A program made the translations under genes and the position numbers. A model generated the notes under the pieces. The model was not told where the DNA came from and did not search any database. It saw only the letters and a program-made list of their open reading frames with translations. Below, in pieces: positions 25,301-35,256 of a DNA stretch of 64,000 bases (position 1 is the stretch's first letter; every line of letters begins with the position of its first letter). Source of the DNA: Macrostomum lignano (taxonomy: Eukaryota); the NCBI GenBank assembly GCA_002269645.1, contig NIVC01001604.1:197442-261441 (forward strand). Direction: 5' to 3'.

Positions 25301-26837
25301 AAAATTCTGTTTCTCAGGAGGTGGGGCGGGGAGGGTCCTGAGTCCTGACCCCGGACCCCCTAATTTTCTCAAGGGGGGTCAGCCTACAGCCTACTGAGCC
25401 CGTGAGCCTACTACCTTGACCCCCTAGGCCTAGATCCACCAGTGAATATTACCACGTATTTATTTTAATTTTCAGTGGATTTAATTGTTCCACCATTGGA
25501 CCAACTAATATGTCATGGCACAGTGGCACATGATTTATGACTGGAATTGCAATTTGCAACAAGCAAAATATAAATTCTCACCTGCAAACAGGAGTAAAAG
25601 CAAACATGCGAGAAACATGATCTGTTCCTGTGCAACTTCTGCAAGTCCGAGGCCAGGGCCGTGCGATTTCTCCTGATGACTGGTGGCGGAATTATGCTTA
25701 TTGCTTGCTTACACAGAGTTATGGGTTGTTGCAAAGGCTCTGTTACTTTGCTGGAGTCGAAGAATAAGATCAGGTGGCTTTCTGCAGCAGTTTTTGGGCC
25801 ACTTGCTCCGCTGCGTATAATAAAATAATGAATGGAGGTTGCTTTGAGTCGCTTTATGCCTTTGCTTCTCCGTAACAGAGGCCGGCGGCCTGTCAGCTAA
25901 TAATCAAAATGAGAAGGCAAGCGGGTACAGCCGGGCCCGAGGGTAATAAATCTTTCTAGTGCCGGGCGCTACTTGACAGGCCCGGGCCGGAGGGAGGGTT
26001 GGGGGGTAGAAAATGCCGCTTGGGCGGGGCTTTAAAATGGCTGGGGGGTTCGGGGTGGGCGACCGATTTATATAAAAAGGTTTCTCCTCCCTCCTCTCCT
26101 CTCCTCTCCACTTTACGCGTTGCTCCGCACGGGTGGCATGAGAAATAAGGATTTCCCTTGTCCCCCATTGGCTCGGACCATCTGAAGGGGACTGGGTGGG
26201 CTGCTATTTTTAAGGCAGAGGCAAGAAATTAAGTTAGGGAGGGGTGGGAGGAGGCCGAGAGAAGCCCATTTATCAGAATAAACAATCCATCAAGTTGCAA
26301 CTCCCCCGCGGGCTCCGCTGCACTTGTTTGTAAGGAATGACAGCCCCTTTGCGTCCGCCCCTTTCCGCGCCGCCTGCCCCCCACCTGCCCGCACCTGCCC
26401 CCCTGCTATATTACAATCGCAAACTAAGCGGGCCGATGCAAGTAGAGACTGGCAGGTAAGAAGAACTGTCAGTGTCTGCCGCTCTCTGTAGAAAATATCA
26501 GATATATGCGCTTCGCTATTCACGATGGATGGATTTCGGACGATGAACTAGAGGGAAATAAATCATTGATACAAACCTGGTTGCTCTGCGGCAATCGTTT
26601 GACTTTGTGGCGTCGGTATCTTGGCGGCTTTGGCGGCTGCCGGCTGGGAAAGAGAGGCAGCCAGCCTCAGTTCAAGGCTCTCTAGGTCTTGTGGCGTCAC
26701 TAAAAATCTTTCAAGTGTTCCCTGCTCAGTCAGGGAGTTCGGAATCTGCTAGCGGGCTTGTTACATACAACCACGCCGAAGCACAATCTTGGGCTGTCCA
26801 GTTTGACAAGGCAGACAAGCCCTGGTTCCTCTCTCTG

Positions 26838-27776
26838 GGGCCCGTGCTATAGAATCAGGAGTTAGGAGTTAGGATTCAAGAGTACTCTTGACAAGGAGTG
26901 ATTGAATTTTGTGTGCTATAGATTTCAGGAGTTAAGAGTTAGGAGCTAGGAGTTCTTGCAAGGAGTGCAGCCTAGGAGTGGGGGTGTGTTCAATGAGTGT
27001 TGCGCAATCGTTTAAGGATGATAGAGGATGGTTGTGTGCTATATCACAATCCTAAATTTACGGTCCTTAAGGATTGAATCTCAGGAGTGAAAATGCAAAT
27101 TGCTCAAAAATATCATTTGTGAGAGCCGTCGCTGCACGCAAAGAGGTTCTCTTTGGTGCGTTTATAGTACAACCATAACTAAGAATGCGAAGATTGCTAT
27201 GTGGCAAGACGTGATATTGGAATGTTGGAATTTGTTAGGACACACTGATGTTGGATGTTCGATTCTGTGTCGAATTCTATCTGTTAGCCTTGAAAGCTGG
27301 ATATCGTTAAGTCTAAAACGCATAGCACTCTCGGCTGTATCTTCTTCAAAAATATTAATTCTTGCCTTAAATTGTCGACGGCGTCTATCATTGACTCCTT
27401 CCTCATCAGAATCCGATTCGCTGTCCGAAAACATTATAATCCTGTCTAAGAGTGAAAATTGGCCCTTGAACTCTTGCTTAGGAGTCAAGAGTTAGGAGCG
27501 AAATTTTCTCATTCTATAGGACACGCGCTCCTAGAATGACTCCTAAAAGCCAGCTCCTAGCTCCTAGCTCCTAGACTTCCTCTCCTAATTCTATAGCATG
27601 CCACGGACCTTAATGAGTTCTCCTAAATTCACCCAGGAGTCTCCTAACGTCCTTAAGGAGCCTCCTAGCTCTTAAAGTTTACTCTTGATTCTATAGCACA
27701 GAAAAGCCAGCTAGGAGCTAGGAGTTAGGACACTCTCAAGGATTTAGGAGTTAAGAGTATTCTATAGCACGGGCCC
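26838..27776 (-). mobile_element. PIF/Harbinger non-autonomous deletion derivative (939 bp)
   Basis: Perfect TIR GGGCCCGTGCTATAGAAT / ATTCTATAGCACGGGCCC; CTG on both flanks (3-bp CWG TSD, known for Harbinger); internal remnant MFSDSESDSDEE..RRRRQFKARINIF..MRFRLNDIQLSRLTDRI resembling a Harbinger transposase N-terminus; TAGGAG-rich subterminal repeats. Confidence 0.85.
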
Positions 27777-28548
27777 CTGATCACCCAGCGCAAAGACATG
27801 CCCGCGGCCGCTTGCTTGCCTTCCCCACCTGAATAAAAACCAGCTCGGCCGGGTTGACGTGACTTCCACACGTCTCCGGCCCAGATGCTTCACTTCACTG
27901 CAGCAAGCAAATTAATCGCAAGTCTATCCGAGCGCGTTATCTCGATTTTCTCCAAGCCATGCGGCTCGGCCAGCAATAGATAAGATTTTGGCCAGCAAAG
28001 TCCCGCAGCTCCAATCCCCACAGTTGCGCCAGCACAGAAATTGCTTTCTGTGGCTGCTTCTAAAAGATATTTATATTAGTTGGAATTGTCGTTCTTATCT
28101 ACTGGCACTGCGGGCTCAAATGAATTTGCAATTGGCTCACCTGGTTTGGGTGTCGGGCGGACTAAACGGTGATATGTCTAAACATTGGCTCGCGTGCAGT
28201 GCAGCAGACCACCGAGCTGCAGATGCGCACAGATAGCAGCGAGCCTCCCTCCGGAGCGGGGCAGGTAGGTAAACGTCAATCAAAGAGACACAACCCTAGG
28301 ATAGAGTGGACTTATTTAGATAATTTTGGTCGATCATAGGTTGCGATTTGAACCTTCTCTACCCGCCAGCCGCTGCCAATGCACAGGCGTACGTAATATG
28401 AAAATTGTACTATCGTAATTTCCAAATTAGGCTCAAGTACCTTGGTATTGGTGTATACATATAACAAACGTATTGAACTACGAGCTATATTTATTAGTGT
28501 ACCAACTCCTCGTGCATAAGTTACTACTTGTCTTACAGTAGAAGGTAT

Positions 28549-30290
28549 TGTAGCTTTTACGTATTGTTGTTGAAGTATCGGGCGTATATTGATGTAACTG
28601 CACCGCGCCTGATTCACCTGAGTTCAATTACGAGCAACTCTAACTAGCCAACCAGCCTAACTACCCAAACCAAGCCCACGGGCAGCCTTGTCATCGTTTA
28701 CTGGGCGAGACTTGACAATTTCGTCGCAAGCAAACAACTCCGAACTAAACTTGGATGACCCAAGGACCACTAGGAACACTTCGCTATATATTCTAGTCTA
28801 GTCTAATCTAGTCTAGTAGTCCTTGGGATGACCCAGACACAGTCGAAGCCTGGCTGCTCAGCTTTGCGGCCGCCGCACGAACCAAGAAACTGACGGACAC
28901 GGAAGAAGATCGGCAGATTACCGATCTAGTCCTCGCCAGGGTAGGTCTCAAGGCACTGAGAACGCTGTCCCTCATGGCAGCCCCGGCCAGCCTGGAGAAA
29001 AAAACACTCGCACAAATTCGAGACATCATCAAAGAGACAATCCGCCCCCAAAAAGCGGCGGCTACGTGCAGCTTCGAGAAGCTCGGTACGAAACAGTCAA
29101 GCGAGAACGAGCTCACTACCATGCGTCTCGTGGACAGACTCGCCTTTGTGGACCACAAGCATAGACTGTTGGAGAGAATGCAAGCTACCGACATGCCGCT
29201 GAACGACGTGCTGCAAAAACTTGACAGTCCCAATCATCTGTTTTCTAAAACCTAATGGTAATGTCAGAATTTGCGCAGACTATAAGGCTGATGTGAACCA
29301 TCAGGTGTGCGGAGACACCTACCCCATGCCAACCGTGGAAACGATCTTCTCGGACGTCGCCGGAATGACTGCCTTTGCCACTCTTGACCTATCTGATGCC
29401 TACCTGCAGATCGAGCTCGAGGAGAAGAGCAGGGAGGCCACCACGATTGCAATTCCGTTAGGGCTTTTCCGCTACACCCGACTAGTGTCCGGCCTCAAGT
29501 CAGCATCCGCCATCTTTAAAGGCTATGGAGACGACTCTCGAGGACGTGAGCGGCAGGATTATTTATCAAGACGAAATCCTGATCGGAGGACAATCTACCG
29601 AAGGTCTCAAGGCCAAAGTTGACGAAGTAATCAAGACCCTACAGGCAGCCGGCATGAATATAAATCTCGACAAATCCAACCTGGTCAGTCAAGTTCCTGG
29701 GCTACAAAATCAGCGCAGACGGAATCTCGCCAGACTCCGGCCGAGTCAGAAAAATCATGGAGATCTCAGCGCCACGCGACCATCGCCAGTTAGAGTCCTT
29801 TCTTGGTCTCTGCAATTTCTTCGGAAGGTTTGTCAACAACTATGCGCACCTTGTCGAGCCTTTGAACCAGCTGCGCAAGAAGGGAGCGGAGTTCGAGTGG
29901 GGAGCTGCGCAAGAAGCGGCCTTCCACCAGCTGAAGAAGCTGCTGAGCTCCGACCCGATCATCCAGCCTTATGACCGAGCTAAAGAAACAGCGCTAACGA
30001 CAGACGCCAGTGAAAAGGTGGTGGCCACCGTGCTCACACAAGACGGGTACCCCGTCATCTACTTCAGCCGGCGATTGACGCAGGCAGAGGTGCGTTATTC
30101 CAACATCGAGCGGGAGGCTCTGGCGATCGTATGGGCGATGGAGAGAGCCCGCCAATTCCTTCTAGGCAAGCGTTTTACTCTGCGAACGGACCACCGCCCT
30201 CTGGAGTTCCTGTTCGGAGCAAGACACCATGGCCTCATGGGGTTTGACTTCGCAATTGAGTACGTCCGAGGAGTCGGACAGGAGGAGGAG
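28549..30290 (+). mobile_element. Degenerate, internally deleted Ty3/gypsy (Mag-like) element
   Basis: Gag-like segment DDPDTVEAWLLSFAAAAR..DLVLARVGLKALRTL (about 28830-29230) joined directly to RT (KPNGNVRICADYK, LDLSDAYLQI, YQDE instead of YxDD) and RNase H (TDAS, YSNIEREALAIVW, TDHRPL) across several frameshifts; no protease or integrase seen. 5' boundary (TGTAG...GACA, 28549-28717, possible LTR) is tentative. Confidence 0.85.
29221..30290 (+). pseudogene. Frameshifted RT-RNase H pol remnant
   Basis: RT/RH motifs split over ORFs 29221-29622, 29525-29974 and 29757-30338. Confidence 0.88.
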
Positions 30291-30402
30291 CAAATGTATA
30301 TATTTATATATCAACATTTATATTCATCAAGCAGGTAGCACAGAGGCTATAATCTACGTACTGTTTATGCCCGTACTATACAGTATATTCAATATCAAAT
30401 AT

Positions 30403-30909
30403 AAGCCCAAAACAGGAAGAGCGCTAAAGATGCCATTTCTGACCCAATCCAGTTTTTTCTGACCCTCCCTGACCCAATCCAGTTCTTGCTGACCCTTCCT
30501 GACCCAATCCATTTCTTGCTGACCCTTCCTGACCCAATACGGTTTTTTCTAACCCTCCCTGACCCAATCCAGTTCTTGCTGACCCTTCCTGACCCAATCC
30601 AGTTCTTGCTGACCCTTCCTGACCCAATACAGTTCTTGCTGACCCTTCCTGATCCAGTGACCCATTCTGCCAGCCCCGACCTTTCCAGATCAAATGGAGC
30701 AAATCCCGCCATGAGTCAATCAGCCACAATCCTGACCCACTCCGATCCGCCACCGACCCACCGACAGCTCGATGAGCGTGCACCCGGCAGCCTCGGCCAG
30801 ACGGCGCACCAACAGCCTGGCTGGCAGTTCAACTGGCGGAGCTTCGACAGTGACGGCAGCGGCTGTGGCAAAGTTGGGTGCGACCACGGCAGAAGAACAC
30901 CACTGTAAG
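30403..30909 (+). pseudogene. Inverted partial duplicate of nAChR exon 5 end, intron and exon 6
   Basis: Reverse-complement match to about 36500-37790, including the 30-bp minisatellite (30431-30655), acceptor CCGACAG (30767), exon copy 30768-30904 ([27 protein letters not shown]) and donor ACCACT|GTAAG; the MA-helix codons are deleted. Confidence 0.9.
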
Positions 30910-31553
30910 AAAGACCAAATCTCTACAGTGCTTTTAGGCGTTGTGAAATTTAGGTGGTGTGAAATCTGCTGCATTGCTTGAGAGCCGTAACTCTCTTTAA
31001 AGGGGAAATTTACCCAAAGCATGAGCCAATGCCGCTAAAGCATCTACGAGCTCGCAGTTCTGTAGAAGACCATCGCAATCATCGCAAAAGGCACAAAAAG
31101 TGCAAATAATACTTCGCAACCGTCTGCACCATCGTATAAGCAGTGACAAGCGAGTGGCATTTTCGGCTCGAGTTTGACAGGCACGAATGCATAGCCATGC
31201 TGTCACTTGTCAAGAACAGAGATGTAGTAAGACTTGTCAAGAGTGATATTCCAGGACTGACAAGTCGTGAGACTATTAGCGGCTGCTTGGGATAACCGAA
31301 CTCAAAGTCAACCTAATCAGTCAAGTATAGTTAGTCACCAGCTGCGGAAGGCTGCCCGCCCGAGAAGGCAACAAACTACTGAGGATCCAAATTTGACAGC
31401 ACCAAATCGGGCAAGTGTTCGTTTCCCACGGCAGAAACAAATTACCGAGGCGTCTTCTGGAGCTCGCGAGACCTGTCTAAATTTTCTCTATATAATTGGT
31501 GAGATTTACAAACAAAATTTCAGCCTCGAGCCTGCCTCGATAGACACTGCACG

Positions 31554-33071
31554 ATGAAGCTCGTCATTCTGCTCTCCCTTGCTGCCTTTGCGGCCGCTGG
31601 TAAGTCAATCAGCTCCAAATCGATTTGCATTACGTCGAGATATGTCTGTTACGTATTTTGAACACAACCAAGAACTTACAAAATGCATTCATTCACTACC
31701 AACTCTGACCTCGCAGAGAACACCTTCAGCGCCACCAACTACTACGGCTACGACTTCCAGCCGAAGCACCATGAAGTGTACCGCAACCCCGAGCCGTTCA
31801 CCCGCGGACTGGGCCCGAAGCTGAAGACCTGGGCCGAGCGGTTCCCGAGCATCAAGAACCTGATCGAATCGAAGAGCACCGCCCTGCCGGTCGAGCTGCA
31901 GAGGGTCACCAACAACGGCTACACCCACTACAGCCAGTCCGCCTCCATGCAGGCCATCGAGGGCGTGGACGCCGACAGCTTCGACGCCTTCGCCGCCTAC
32001 CTGACCGACACCCTGGAGATCAAGAACGACAAGCGCGACGGCTTCCTGGCCAGCATGGAGATCATCAAGTTCGCTGATAACACCGACTGGAGCCTCATCG
32101 ATATCATCTTCGATCAGGACAGCGGCTCCAACTGCAAGTACGTCTGCGTTCTGGGCCACCGCGACTTGGTCCACAACACCTACGACTTCATGATTGCCGA
32201 CTTCAAGAGCTCCTTCCAGCTGGCTCCGGACATCGTGCTGATCGAGGAGCGCAAGAGCTACGCCTGGGGTCTGGTGCAGCGCGCCAACATCCGCGTTGAG
32301 CGCATTCCCGCCAAGCTGAAGCTGGAGGATGTCGAGCTGCTGAAGACCTTCTTCTGCCAGGCCGCTCTTGGCCGCTTCGCCAGAATGCTGGACATCGAAG
32401 TCCCTGGCATAGAGCAGGCTTACATTGACCCCATGACTGCCATCGGACTGATCAGCGCTGGTCTCGACATCGTCCCGAAGCTGATCAACATTTTCAAGAC
32501 TACCAGCACCAGCACCATCATCAAGGAGGTCGCTGGCGAGGGCTTCTCCCGCTACGAGCAGACCGCCAAGACCTCTGTGACGATCGGCATCAACATGGAC
32601 AATCTCCTGGGTACCTACCTCAGGGTTCTACCCAGGCTCATCAACCTCAACGCGGACGTGTTCCAGAACGTCGAGGACGCCATCATCATCGGCTCCATGG
32701 CAGAGTCCCAGACCTGGAACGACTTCGACATCGCCTTCAACGCTGACCGGTCCTCCACCAGCAAGGTCCAGTTCGTCGACGTCGTTTGCGCCAACCGTGG
32801 CGACGGCAAGTACAACGTCATCGTGGTGAACGTCGCCCAGGCCTTCATTCTGGCTCCCAATGTGCAGTACATTCAGAACTCCAAGTCCTACGTCGGCGGA
32901 ATTTACTCCAAGACCACCATTGAGCGCAAGGAGTACCCGAGGGACCTCACCGAGAAGGACATGGAGGTGCTGATGGCATTCTTCCACATCACTGTGTTCA
33001 AGAGGCTGGCCATGCAATACGGCCTTGCTGTCCCACAGCTGCCCGACAAGCCGCCGCTCAAGCAGGATTGA
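31554..33071 (+). CDS. Secreted 466-aa protein with two tandem copies of an unrecognised ~200-aa domain
   Basis: Exon 1 31554-31599 encodes signal peptide MKLVILLSLAAFAAA with donor G|GTAAGT; acceptor CTCGCAG then exon 2 31717-33071 in phase; strong C/G third-position bias. Internal duplication: FQLAPDIVLIEERKSYAWG..ERIPAKLKLEDVELLKTFF vs FILAPNVQYIQNSKSYVGG..KEYPRDLTEKDMEVLMAFF. Confidence 0.9.
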
Positions 33072-34147
33072 GCAAATAATTTTGCTCCAGAGAACTAAGT
33101 TGGCTATCTTAGATCCTACCACTCGGTTTTCGAGCATCCAAATATAATATGTTCGATTCGCGATTGAAGAGATGATCTAAAAATCTGCCTTCTGTTCATT
33201 TATTTAAGTACTAACTAACCTATAGATAGAATCAATGCCATGAAAGGTGAAAGCGGAAAGAAAAATCACTTGAAGAAGACTCAACCAAAGTCAAGAGCAG
33301 CGCTATGAGCCCACCTGTGTACGAGTAAGTATGCAAGTGGTAGTTCAAGCCTTAACTCTACATTACGCAGATACATTGAGTGCAGTTTGAGAAGAACTGA
33401 GGAACTTAACCGACATTGTCACACAACCGACATTGCTGCCCATTTTGCCGAATCCCCTGAGCAGGCACACAATGCACACATATACGTACAAGCGCGCGGA
33501 TACGTTCGCAGTCATACGCGCAGTCACACACCACACAGGAGTGTACAGCGGCCCTAACTTTGTTTGTCGTCAGACATGTACACTTCACTGTGCCTTGGGG
33601 TTTGGCCCTCAAGTTCACTATTTGCACGAGCAGACCCAAGCCAAGATTCCAGTTTAGCCCCAATTGAATGTGACTGCACTTGGAATCGAGCCTGGGCCGC
33701 TGGGACATCAGAGCGCCGAACTGGACAACTGGGCTACGGCCCCCCTTCGAGAGATCCTTGTTGGTGGAACAGGGATTTATGGGACTTGCTGGTGTTAAAA
33801 ACAACAAAACTCGCGTATAGTTGAGTAAATTTTTATTTTATAAACTGGGTTTTGAATCCTAGGAATTGTCAGAGAAAGAGCCAGTTTAGGATTCGAGAAC
33901 ATTGTATTTCGGGTATTGAGATGATTGATAACGAAAAAACTATAGCAGTTTTTATCACACCATGAATTTTGTTCCTTGGAATCTTTAAGAATTCGATTTC
34001 TGCCGATGCCAGTACAGTCTGCTGCATTTTGAAATTCCACTGTTCAGGGGCGTCGCTACCTGGGGGATAGGGGGGGACATGCCAATGCTTTGCCCCCCTC
34101 AAACCCCACCTTGTGACCCGTTGTGGAAATCAAGAATTTTGCATCAG

Positions 34148-34280
34148 GGCGCTAAAGTATGCCAAAATGAGTGCCTGCGGCGCCAAAAATGAGTGCCTGC
34201 GGCGCCAAAATGAGTGTCTGTGGCGCTAAGATGAGTGCCTGCGGCGCCAAAAATGAGTTCCTGTGTGCGCCGCCAAAATG
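34148..34280. repeat. Short 22-23-bp tandem repeat
   Basis: ATGAGTGCCTGCGGCGCCAAAA about 5 times; may be the subterminal repeat of a MITE. Confidence 0.75.
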
Positions 34281-34912
34281 AGCGCTAACAACACCGATTC
34301 TCTAAATAATGTACATGTAGGAATTTAGTCATGTACATGTAGAATTCTTGGCTTTGTTCCCCCACCATAAAATTCATGGCGACGGCCCAGCTACTGTTAG
34401 TACTATCATCAGCAAAAAATTCACACGTTGCACAATTGAAAGTTTGTTCAAATTATGTACTTTGTACTTTAGTGTAGTAGCGCTGTCAGACTTTGCTCTT
34501 GGAGCCGCTGCAGTTCCGCTGGATGGTTACTATGCGGTCCTGCGTGTTGTACCTGGTCAGCTGGTCCGTGTAGTCCGTGAGGCTGGGCGCCTGCATGAAG
34601 ATGCCCAGTGCGCCTGTTTCGGGTGAGAGTGCGCGCTGTACTTACTACTGCCAGTATCATGTCGATAACTCTGTAAGTTTCTAATGTCTGCTGCTGCGCT
34701 TTCGATATTTTTAATAGTTGGTTGTTTAAATGGCCTGTTGTAATTTTTACTAATACATTTACTAATACATTTGAGTGGTCAAAGCTTGTTCAAATCAGTT
34801 CTAAAAATTTGCTTGAACCAACTATAAATTGATTTGAGCAATCTACGACCCGTGGAGCTACTAGCGGTGATTGCGAACTGGCCTTTACAAGGGAGATATG
34901 CACCCTTTACTG

Positions 34913-35230
34913 GTAGTTGTTTGGTTGGCGTTACCAAGGGGCCGATTGTCCCTTTGATGGTAGTTGTTTGGTTGGCGTTACCAAGGGGCCGATTGTCCCT
35001 TTGATGGTAGTTCTTTGGTTGGCGTTACCAAGGGGCCGATTGTCCCTTTGATGGTAGTTGTTTGGTTGGCGTTACCAAGGGGCCGATTGTCCCTTTGATG
35101 GTAGTTGTTTGGTTGGCGTTACCAAGGGGCCGATTGTCCCTTTGATGGTAGTTCTTTGGTTGGCGTTACCAAGGGGCCGATTGTCCCTTTGATGGTAGTT
35201 GTTTGGTTGGCGTTACCAAGGGGCCGATTC
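34913..35230. repeat. 47-bp minisatellite just past the nAChR stop
   Basis: GGTAGTTGTTTGGTTGGCGTTACCAAGGGGCCGATTGTCCCTTTGAT, about 6.7 copies. Confidence 0.95.
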
Positions 35231-35256
35231 TTCCTTTGCTGATAATTCTTTGGCGG

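Noticed and set aside
26060-26460. TATA-like TATATAAAA and strong donor CAG|GTAAGA suggesting a non-coding first exon
   Set aside because: Isolated short motifs; cannot be supported as a feature without transcript data.
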